From an uncultured Piscirickettsiaceae bacterium (GTDB lineage: Bacteria; Pseudomonadota; Gammaproteobacteria; GCF-002020875), in contig CAYFOQ010000001.1 in the NCBI GenBank assembly GCA_964344735.1, positions 1 through 37,854 of the forward strand: DNA of 37,854 nt, written 5' to 3'. Numbering within the stretch: position 1 is the first letter of the stretch; every line of letters starts with the position of its first letter. This document shows positions 10,926 through 18,498 of the stretch, piece by piece. The position numbers were made by a program, and so were the translations under genes. The notes below the pieces were generated by a model. That model was not told the origin of the DNA. It saw only the letters and a list, made by a program, of their open reading frames with translations, and made no database searches.

Positions 10926-11068
10926 ATAAGTCATGAGTAAATGCCTCACGCCTGTAGCGCCCAATATCTTCGTTGAAAATCTTGCTAATAGCTGGCTATT
11001 GGCTGCGATCTTCGCCTTGATCTTGGGCGCTACAGACGCGATTCAAATTACTCAGACTTGTTCAGGGG
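10919..11068. repeat. 150-bp imperfect palindromic intergenic element (MITE/ERIC-like hairpin) that begins inside the gatB stop codon
   Basis: The left arm (10919-10964, CCCCTGAATAAGTCATGAGTAAATGCCTCACGCCTGTAGCGCCCAA) pairs with the reverse complement of the right arm (11023-11068, TTGGGCGCTACAGACGCGATTCAAATTACTCAGACTTGTTCAGGGG). The terminal ~20 nt and the inner ~16 nt match nearly perfectly. The central 58 nt is also partly self-complementary (GCTAATAGC / GCTATTGGC). Confidence 0.6.
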
Positions 11069-11175
11069 TCCCTTAAGTAACGGTTTGCTCGCCAGACTGG
11101 TGGCACTCCGGGACATTGTAGGGCTGGAACCTGTGGTTCTAGATCAAAAATGTTGGTGTGGATGGAGGAGTGGCG

Positions 11176-12702
11176 ATGTTTGAGACGGCAGAACTGGGGC
11201 GCAAGGTCAGCAAGAGCGAGTTTCGTGAGCTGGTACCGCAATTACGTGTTGAGCTGTTAGATCTGCAGCAGCAGATCCGTAAGGCCGGGATTCCGGTAAT
11301 GATTGTACTGGCGGGAGTCGATGGGGCTGGCAAGGGGGAGACGGTCAACCTTATCAATGAGTGGATGGATCCGCGCTGGATCGAGACTCACGCCTACAAT
11401 GAGCCCTCGGATGAAGAGGTGGAGCGTCCCACCTTCTGGCGTTACTGGCGTGACTTACCGAGTCGAGGAGCAATCGCGCTGTTCATGAGTGCCTGGTACT
11501 CCAGCCCCATTCTCGACTGGGTACACGAACGTAGCGATTTCAATGACCTGGATGAGGAGCTGGGTAAGATCAACAGCTTCGAGAAGATGTTGGTCAATGA
11601 TGGTACCGTCATCATCAAGTTCTGGATGCACCTGAGCAAGTCGGCCCAGAAGCGGCGACTGAAGGCACTGGAGGGAGATCCACTGTTACGGTGGAAGGTG
11701 ACCGAGCAAGATTGGAAAAACTGGCGGCTCTATGATCGTTTCATCGAGGCGGCGGAGCGTACCATGCAGAAGAGCAGTACCGGCCGGGCCAGTTGGCACA
11801 TTATCGAGGGGGAGGATAATCACTACCGTAGTCTGGCGGTAGCCGAGATCATTCGCGATACGCTGCTACGACGGCTGGAGCTACAACAGCAGGCACTACC
11901 GGTCGTGGAGCAAGAGGGGACAGTGCCACAGGAGGAGCAGCTGGCGGCGGTAGCGGAGACCCTGAAACGCCAGCCCACCATTGTCGAACGTCTCGATAGT
12001 GATCTTCGGCTGGAGAAGAAGGAGTACAAGCGTGCCCTCAAGGAGCAGCAGGCACGGTTGAGTGACCTGTTTCGACGGGCTCGGCGTGAGGGTCGGGGAG
12101 ACTCCATCATCCTGCTGTTCGAGGGAGATGATGCTGCCGGTAAAGGTGGAGCGATTCGTCGAGTCACCGCTGCACTCGATGCCCGTTCCTATCGGGTCAT
12201 TCCGATCGCGGCCCCCACCGATGAGGAGCGTGGGCATCACTATCTTTGGCGCTTCTGGCGTCACATCCCCCGTAAGGGACGAGTCACGATCTATGACCGC
12301 AGTTGGTATGGACGGGTGCTGGTGGAGCGGGTAGAGAGGTTTGCCAGTGAGGAGGAGTGGCGTCGAGCCTATAGCGAAATCAACGATTTTGAAGAGCACC
12401 TGGTAACGGGGGGAGCGCTGTTGTTGAAGTTATGGATTCATGTCGATCCCGATGTGCAGCTGGAACGGTTCAAGCTGCGGGAACAGACCCCTCATAAGGC
12501 CTGGAAGTTGACCGAAGAGGATTGGCGCAACCGGGAGAAGCGTCCGCTCTATCAGCAGGCGGTGGATGATATGATCCAGCGCACCAGCTCTTCCATTGCG
12601 CCGTGGTTCCTGGTCGAAGGCAATGATAAATACTATTCACGGATCAAGGTGTTGACCACGGTCTGTGACCAGCTCGAGGCGGTACTGGAGAGGAATGGCT
12701 GA
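11176..12702 (+). CDS. ppk2: Two-domain polyphosphate kinase 2 (polyphosphate:AMP phosphotransferase-type PPK2)
   Basis: There are two tandem PPK2 domains, each with a Walker-A-like loop (GVDGAGKGE and GDDAAGKGG) and lid motifs (FWRYWRDLP / LWRFWRHIP, then WYSSP / SWYGRV). The ATG at 11176 has a GGAGGAG SD sequence upstream. The ORF is open from a GTG at 11158. Confidence 0.88.
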   Translation: MFETAELGRKVSKSEFRELVPQLRVELLDLQQQIRKAGIPVMIVLAGVDGAGKGETVNLINEWMDPRWIETHAYNEPSDEEVERPTFWRYWRDLPSRGAIALFMSAWYSSPILDWVHERSDFNDLDEELGKINSFEKMLVNDGTVIIKFWMHLSKSAQKRRLKALEGDPLLRWKVTEQDWKNWRLYDRFIEAAERTMQKSSTGRASWHIIEGEDNHYRSLAVAEIIRDTLLRRLELQQQALPVVEQEGTVPQEEQLAAVAETLKRQPTIVERLDSDLRLEKKEYKRALKEQQARLSDLFRRARREGRGDSIILLFEGDDAAGKGGAIRRVTAALDARSYRVIPIAAPTDEERGHHYLWRFWRHIPRKGRVTIYDRSWYGRVLVERVERFASEEEWRRAYSEINDFEEHLVTGGALLLKLWIHVDPDVQLERFKLREQTPHKAWKLTEEDWRNREKRPLYQQAVDDMIQRTSSSIAPWFLVEGNDKYYSRIKVLTTVCDQLEAVLERNG

Positions 12703-12724
12703 TATTCACCAATGGAGTGAGAGA

Positions 12725-14920
12725 ATGGAACAGAGCAGTGGGGTGGGAAGTGCAGTAGAGAACGCAAACAGCCAGGAGTGGGACCTAGAGGCACCGGATC
12801 TTTACCTCAATCGGGAGCTGACCTGGTTGGCCTTCAATCGCAGGGTGTTGCATGAGGCCGAGGATCCACGTAATCCACTGCTGGAGCGGGTAAAGTTTCT
12901 AGCCATCGTCAGTAACAATCTCGACGAGTTCTTTATGAAGCGGATCGGTGGCCTGAAGCAACAGGTGGCGGCTGGTTACAAAGAGCCCACGGTTGATGGT
13001 CGGACTCCGAGTGAGCAGATCCTGGAGTCTTGCGCCGCAGTGCGGGAGTTGCAGAGTATCCAGGGGCGAATCTGGTCTGGCCTGCGCCAGGAGCTGGCGG
13101 TCGAGGATATCCATATCGTACGCTACGACGACCTCACCGACAGTGAGCGAGACACGCTGCGTGAAGAGTTTCAGAATAAGGTGTTGCCACTGTTGACCCC
13201 ATTGGCGATGGACCCTTCTCACCCCTTCCCCTTCATCTCCAATCTCAACCTCAACCTACTGGTGACACTGCGCTATCCCGGAGAGGAGAACACGGTTTTG
13301 GCGCGGATCAAGGTGCCGATCAATAAGAAGTTCTCACCGCGCTACTATCCGGTCGAGAAACGAGATGGCCGTTATACCTTCTTGATGCTGGAAGAGTTGA
13401 TCACCCGTAATCTCGATCTGCTCTTTCCGGGGATGGAGATCGTCGCTTATGGAACCTTCCGCGTTACTCGTAATGCCAGCGTGGAGAAGAGTGAAGACAG
13501 TGCCGATGACCTGCTATCGATGATTGAGTCGGAGGTAAAGGAGAGACATTTTGCTCCCATCGTACGGTTGGAGGTGAGTCGTGGTTTTGATCCGATTCAC
13601 TGCGGCATGTTGGCGGCGGAGCTGGGTCTGGATGAACATGAAGATGTCTTCGAACTCGACAACCTGGCGCTGCACCACCTGTTCCAGATTGCGGGTCTGG
13701 ATGTTCCTTCATTGCACGACCCGGAGGCCCATCCGGTGGAACATCCGATGCTGGTGCAGGAGAACAAGAACATCTTCCACATCATTCGTAACAATGGTCC
13801 GTTGCTGCTACACCACCCTTACCAGTCATTTGCCAACTCGGTTGAGCGTTTTGTCCGTGAGGCCAGTACCGATCCCAAGGTATTGGGGATCAAGATGACA
13901 CTCTATCGTACTGCACCTGACGGCAAGTTGATCCATCATCTGATCCGGGCAGTACAGAATGGCAAACAGGTGGCGGTATTGGTGGAGATCAAGGCCCGTT
14001 TCGACGAGGCTGCCAATATCCGCTGGGCTCGTGAGCTGGAGAAACAGGGCATCCATGTGATCTATGGGGTGGTGGGGCTCAAGACCCACTGCAAGACCAT
14101 TCTGGTGGTGCGGCAGGACTATAATGGGTTGGCCCGCTACTGCCATGTCGGCACCGGCAACTATCACAGTGGTACCGCTCGACTCTATACCGATTATGGT
14201 CTACTGACACGGGATGGCAGTATCGGCCAGGATCTGACGGAGCTTTTCAATCTGTTGACCGGATATGGCCACAAGGAGCGGGAGTATCGCAAGATACTCA
14301 CCTCTCCGAAGGTGATGAAGCAGAAGCTGATCGCCAAAATTCATCGGGAGATCAGTCAGCACCGTCAACATGGAGATGGGCTGATTCAGCTCAAAATGAA
14401 TGCACTCGAGGACACCGATGTGGTCCATGCGCTTTATCAAGCGGCATTGGCACGAGTTCAGATCAATCTCATCATTCGCGATACCTGCCGGTTACGGCCT
14501 GGAATTCCAGGGTTGACCGATACGGTGTCGGTCATCAGCATCGTTGGGCGCTATCTTGAGCATGGTCGGGTCTACTATTTCTATAATCACGGTGAAGAGG
14601 AGTATTTCATCGGCTCGGCCGATCTGATGAAGCGCAATCTTGAGAGCCGGGTCGAGGTATTGGCACCGATCGAAGAGGAGGGGCTACGGCAGGAGCTGCG
14701 GATGAGTATCGATGCCCAGCTGGGTGACAAGCGTGGGGCTTGGGACATGAGTGCCGATGGTAGCTACACCCAGCGTAACCCTCAGGGTGGTCATCGCTCG
14801 GCTCAAGAGTTGCTTGCCGATGCCGCTAATAAGAGCGTTAATGCCGCCCTGCGACACCAGGAGGCGACGGTGCGTAATAAGTTGCTGAATCGATTTAAAA
14901 AGCGGTTGAATGAACAGTGA
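12725..14920 (+). CDS. ppk1: Polyphosphate kinase 1
   Basis: PPK1 hallmarks are present: YLNRELTWLAFNRRVLHEA, the autophosphorylation region RTAPDGKLIHHL, two PLD-like HKD-type regions (KTHCKTILVV, GTGNYH) and the C-terminal GSADLMKRNLESRVE. Alternative starts are 12695 (overlaps the ppk2 stop as ATGGCTGA) and 12665. The start at 12725 has the best-spaced GGAG. Confidence 0.92.
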   Translation: MEQSSGVGSAVENANSQEWDLEAPDLYLNRELTWLAFNRRVLHEAEDPRNPLLERVKFLAIVSNNLDEFFMKRIGGLKQQVAAGYKEPTVDGRTPSEQILESCAAVRELQSIQGRIWSGLRQELAVEDIHIVRYDDLTDSERDTLREEFQNKVLPLLTPLAMDPSHPFPFISNLNLNLLVTLRYPGEENTVLARIKVPINKKFSPRYYPVEKRDGRYTFLMLEELITRNLDLLFPGMEIVAYGTFRVTRNASVEKSEDSADDLLSMIESEVKERHFAPIVRLEVSRGFDPIHCGMLAAELGLDEHEDVFELDNLALHHLFQIAGLDVPSLHDPEAHPVEHPMLVQENKNIFHIIRNNGPLLLHHPYQSFANSVERFVREASTDPKVLGIKMTLYRTAPDGKLIHHLIRAVQNGKQVAVLVEIKARFDEAANIRWARELEKQGIHVIYGVVGLKTHCKTILVVRQDYNGLARYCHVGTGNYHSGTARLYTDYGLLTRDGSIGQDLTELFNLLTGYGHKEREYRKILTSPKVMKQKLIAKIHREISQHRQHGDGLIQLKMNALEDTDVVHALYQAALARVQINLIIRDTCRLRPGIPGLTDTVSVISIVGRYLEHGRVYYFYNHGEEEYFIGSADLMKRNLESRVEVLAPIEEEGLRQELRMSIDAQLGDKRGAWDMSADGSYTQRNPQGGHRSAQELLADAANKSVNAALRHQEATVRNKLLNRFKKRLNEQ

Positions 14921-14932
14921 ACTGAGTCAGTC

Positions 14933-15068
14933 ATCAATCGTTGCCAAAGTTTTGGCACGGCTTGAGTCGCAACCGTCTGCGGCCAGGAAAGGCCGCAGTC
15001 GAGCGACACAGGGATGTGCTCGAGCGTGTTGCGATTCAAGCCGTGCCAAAACTTTGGCAACGATTCAT
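14933..15068. repeat. 136-bp intergenic element with 41-bp near-perfect terminal inverted repeats (MITE/ERIC-like)
   Basis: Arms 14933-14973 (ATCAATCGTTGCCAAAGTTTTGGCACGGCTTGAGTCGCAAC) and 15028-15068 are reverse complements at 39 of 41 positions. The 54-nt core carries its own hairpin (CTGCGGCC-AGGAAA-GGCCGCAG). The palindrome produces mirror-image ORFs on both strands, each starting MPKFWHGL. Confidence 0.75.
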
Positions 15069-15210
15069 GCTATCGTGGTTGCTTGACTTTGGTGTGATGG
15101 AGGCAAATAGTAGAGAGAGGTGGTGTGGGGGGCACGGTTGAAAGGCTGTCAAGTGGTTGCTCTGCACCAATGGGATGGATATCGTGGGGATCATGTAAAG
15201 GTATAGGGCG

Positions 15211-16098
15211 ATGATCGATTCGATTGACGGTTCAGTACTCTTCTCTGCATCGGGAGTGTCCGCTTCATCCGGGCACTCGCAACAGCACGCTGCGGTCGTC
15301 ACCACGGCTGAGCCTCACGGTGGTGAGGGGGGAGATAAACACGCAGCGACGGCTACCACAACCGATACCGCACAGGCAGTTACCGCCTCACAGGCGGCGT
15401 CCCGTGGTGACCAGGGGGGTCGTGAGGAGGGGGGGGCAGCTGGTGAACAGGGTCGGGGTGAATCGGCTGGCAAGAGTGAGGCAACACAGGACCGTTTCAC
15501 TCAATCCCCAGAAGCAGAAGCGGTAGTCGCGGAACTGAAACAGCGTGACCAGGAGGTGCGGGCCCATGAGCAGGCTCACATGGCGGCCGGGGGGGCTCAT
15601 GTCCGTGGTGGCGCCTCTTTCACCTACCAGAAGGGGCCGGATGGTCAGCGCTATGCGGTTGGTGGTGAGGTCAGTATCGATACCTCCGAGGTGGCTGGAG
15701 ATCCTAGAGCCACGATGGCAAAGGCACAGATGGTGATGCGGGCGGCGTTGGCGCCTGCCAACCCCTCTGGACAGGATATGAGTGTGGCGGCCTCTGCGGC
15801 CCAGACCATTGCCAAGGCCCGGATCGAGATGGCCCGTGAGGCTCAGGAGCAGCTGCAGCCGGTGACGGAGCAGGCGGGTGAGGCCAAAGTCGGTAATGGT
15901 GAGCAGCGTTCACCCGGTGATGGTGTGGAGACGGCTGCGACTGCGATTCAGCCAGGTCAGCGAGGAGGGACGGAGGAGCGTGGGGCCGCTGTCGCCGTTC
16001 CAGCTGGACGGGGTCCTGAGGCGACGGCTTACTCTGAATTTCTACCTCGGCAGCAGGCTCGACAGCCCGGGAGTGAGGGGTTTAGTCTCTATAGTTAG
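15211..16098 (+). CDS. SprA-related family protein (putative metalloprotease, CJM1_0395-like) with a low-complexity N-terminal half
   Basis: The conserved block VAELKQRDQEVRAHEQAHMAAGGAHVRGGASFTYQKGPDGQRYAVGGEVSIDTSEV matches my recollection of the SprA-related family signature (RD.EVR.HE.AH ... Y..GPDG..YA.GGEV.ID). The N-terminal region is rich in Gly, Ala, Thr and Glu. Confidence 0.7.
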   Translation: MIDSIDGSVLFSASGVSASSGHSQQHAAVVTTAEPHGGEGGDKHAATATTTDTAQAVTASQAASRGDQGGREEGGAAGEQGRGESAGKSEATQDRFTQSPEAEAVVAELKQRDQEVRAHEQAHMAAGGAHVRGGASFTYQKGPDGQRYAVGGEVSIDTSEVAGDPRATMAKAQMVMRAALAPANPSGQDMSVAASAAQTIAKARIEMAREAQEQLQPVTEQAGEAKVGNGEQRSPGDGVETAATAIQPGQRGGTEERGAAVAVPAGRGPEATAYSEFLPRQQARQPGSEGFSLYS

Positions 16099-16145
16099 GG
16101 AACCTCTGAAGTAACTATTCAGGTGTGGTGAGCTGAACCGTTACC

Positions 16146-17048
16146 TCAGGTCAATAGCAGCTCCAACAGTGCCTTCTGTGCATGAAGGCGGTTTTCCGCC
16201 TCATCCCAGACCACACTCTGTGGCCCATCGATCACTTCAGCACTCACCTCTTCGCCCCGATGGGCTGGAAGACAGTGCATGAAGAGGGCATCACGGGCGG
16301 CACGATCCATCAGTGGTTGGTCGACCTGATAGGGTCGAAAAACCTGTAGTCGATCCCCACTCTCCTCCTCTTGACCCATGCTGGCCCAGACATCGGTCAC
16401 CACCAGATCGGCCTGGTTCACGGCCTCATAGGGGTCTCGCAACAGTTCGATCCGGTCCCGATTCTGTGACACCAGTGCTGTATCGGGTTCATACCCCTCG
16501 GGGGTGGCGATGCAGAGCTGGAAATCGAATTGGCGAGCGGCATTGATGTAGGAGTGACACATATTGTTGCCATCCCCAACCCAGGCAACCCGTTTGCCCT
16601 TGATATCACCACGGTGCTCCTGATAGGTCTGCATATCGGCCAATAGCTGACAGGGGTGGTAGCTGTCGGTCAGGGCATTGATTACTGGCACCGATGAATA
16701 TTGGGCAAACCGCTCCAACTGCTGATGCGAGTAGGTTCGAACCATTACCGCATCGACCATGCTGGAGAGTACCCGTGCACTATCCTCGATCGGCTCCCCT
16801 CGTCCCAGCTGGGTATCTCGTGGAGAGAGAAAAATGGCACTGCCACCAAACTGGGCCATACCGGCTTCGAATGAGACTCGGGTGCGGGTGGAGGATTTCT
16901 CGAAGATCATCCCCAGTACCCGGTTTTTCAGCGGCTCATAGCGCTCTCTGGCGTTGCGCATCCGTTTCAGCTCGATGGCACGATCGAGTAGTCGTCGTAG
17001 TGTAGTCGGCTCCAGGTCCAGCAGGGTTAAAAAGTGGCGTGGGCTCAT
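16146..17048 (-). CDS. argF: Ornithine carbamoyltransferase
   Basis: 300 aa with the carbamoyl-phosphate site STRTRVSFE, the ornithine-binding motifs HPCQ and DGNNM, and [10 protein letters not shown]. The start overlaps the argD stop (ATGA). Confidence 0.93.
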   Translation of the reverse strand: MSPRHFLTLLDLEPTTLRRLLDRAIELKRMRNARERYEPLKNRVLGMIFEKSSTRTRVSFEAGMAQFGGSAIFLSPRDTQLGRGEPIEDSARVLSSMVDAVMVRTYSHQQLERFAQYSSVPVINALTDSYHPCQLLADMQTYQEHRGDIKGKRVAWVGDGNNMCHSYINAARQFDFQLCIATPEGYEPDTALVSQNRDRIELLRDPYEAVNQADLVVTDVWASMGQEEESGDRLQVFRPYQVDQPLMDRAARDALFMHCLPAHRGEEVSAEVIDGPQSVVWDEAENRLHAQKALLELLLT

Positions 17049-18235
17049 GAGTCCGCCCCTTTCTCATCGATCCACTCTCGAACCAGCGTGGTGAGACGTG
17101 TGATGATCTGGTCGGCCTCTTCGTCATGGAGGATCAAAGGTGGCAGCAGTCGGATCACTCGCTCAGCGGTGACATTGATCAAGAGTTGATGCTGTTGTAG
17201 CGCTCGAAGTACCAGTTCTGCACAAGGCTGCTCCAGCTCGACGGCGAGCATCAGGCCGTGTCCCCGTACCTCCCGTACCCCTGGAAGGTCGGTGAGTGGT
17301 TGTAGTCCGGCAAGGATACGCTCTCCGAGTTGGGCCGCACGCTGTGGTAGCGACTGTTGCTCCATGGTCTGCAATACCGTATGGGCGACAGCGGTCACCA
17401 GTGGGTTGCCACCAAAGGTGGAGCCGTGCATCCCGGGTTGGAACAGCTGTGCCGCCTCTCCCCGCGCGAGGCAGGCACCGATCGGAACTCCATTGCCGAG
17501 TCCTTTGGCGAGCGTGACCACATCCGGCAACAACTGCTGTTGTTGATAGCTGAACCAGCTTCCGGTTCGACCGATACCGGTCTGAATCTCATCTAGCATC
17601 ATCAACCAGCCCATGCGGTCACAGAGTGTCCGAATCTTCGGTAGATAGTCGGATGCAGGGATCACAACGCCCCCCTCTCCCTGTATCGGTTCCACCAGAA
17701 CGGCACATACCTGCCTGCTATGTTCGGCAATCTCCTCCAGCGCTTCGATATCGTTGTAGGGTGCGCGGATGAAACCGCCCACCAGCGGTTCGAACCCAGC
17801 CTGTACCTTGCGATTCCCCGTGGCACTCAGTGTGGCCAGGGTGCGACCATGAAAGCTCTTTTTGACCACGATGATGGCATGGTTTTCGATGCCATGCCGG
17901 TGACCATAGAGGCGTGCCAGTTTGATTGCGGCTTCGTTGGCCTCGGCCCCGGAGTTGCTGAAAAAGGTGTTTTCCATACCGGAGAGGGCACAGAGATGAT
18001 CTGCCAGCCGTTGTTGATTGGGAATCTGGTAGAGATTGGAGGTGTGGAGCAGTGCTCCCGCCTGTTCGCAGAGGGTCGCGGTGACCGCGGGGTGGCTGTG
18101 GCCGAGACCACAGACGGCAATTCCACTCAAGGCATCGAGGTAGCGTATGCCCTGATCATCCTCCAGCCAAGCGCCACTACCACGAACAAAAGCGACGGGA
18201 AGACGCCCGTAGGTGGGCATGATGGTTGTACTCAT
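17045..18235 (-). CDS. argD: Acetylornithine/succinylornithine aminotransferase (class III PLP aminotransferase)
   Basis: 396 aa with typical class III motifs ([47 protein letters not shown] with the PLP lysine, [10 protein letters not shown]). It lies upstream of argF. Confidence 0.9.
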   Translation of the reverse strand: MSTTIMPTYGRLPVAFVRGSGAWLEDDQGIRYLDALSGIAVCGLGHSHPAVTATLCEQAGALLHTSNLYQIPNQQRLADHLCALSGMENTFFSNSGAEANEAAIKLARLYGHRHGIENHAIIVVKKSFHGRTLATLSATGNRKVQAGFEPLVGGFIRAPYNDIEALEEIAEHSRQVCAVLVEPIQGEGGVVIPASDYLPKIRTLCDRMGWLMMLDEIQTGIGRTGSWFSYQQQQLLPDVVTLAKGLGNGVPIGACLARGEAAQLFQPGMHGSTFGGNPLVTAVAHTVLQTMEQQSLPQRAAQLGERILAGLQPLTDLPGVREVRGHGLMLAVELEQPCAELVLRALQQHQLLINVTAERVIRLLPPLILHDEEADQIITRLTTLVREWIDEKGADS

Positions 18236-18298
18236 AACGTGCTAAACAGATTACTGGTTCAGAACAGATAACCACTCAGGGCGATCTACCCGGAGTGG

Positions 18299-18339
18299 TC
18301 ACAAAAACAAAAAACGGCAGCACCACCATGACGCTGCCG
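18299..18339 (-). terminator. Orphan Rho-independent terminator on the minus strand, upstream of argD
   Basis: Read on the minus strand, a 7-bp GC-rich stem (CGGCAGC, pairing 18333-18339 with 18315-18321) encloses an 11-nt loop. It is followed by TTTTTTGTTTTTGT (complement of 18301-18314). No annotated minus-strand gene ends just upstream of it. Confidence 0.55.
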
Positions 18340-18498
18340 ATCAACGAATGGGCGATTGTAACCAATATGGTTGGAATCGCAACCTTTGTACAAGATGCCT
18401 TACAGATACTGAAAAACCTGACACTTATTTATATGGCCTATGGTATCCTCCAGTGAGACACGGGTAGAGGGGCTCGATAGAGTGAGGGGTATGGAGTG

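Noticed and set aside
14950-14975. TTGGCACGG in the palindrome arms as a sigma-54 -24 element
   Set aside because: There is no GC (-12) element at the required spacing downstream (TGGCACG-GCTT-GAGT). It is more likely part of the repeat structure.
14803-15141. Two small ORFs (14803-15060 minus, 14941-15141 plus), both starting MPKFWHGL
   Set aside because: The mirror-image peptides are an artefact of translating the two arms of the 136-bp palindrome. There is no RBS, and one overlaps the ppk1 3' end.
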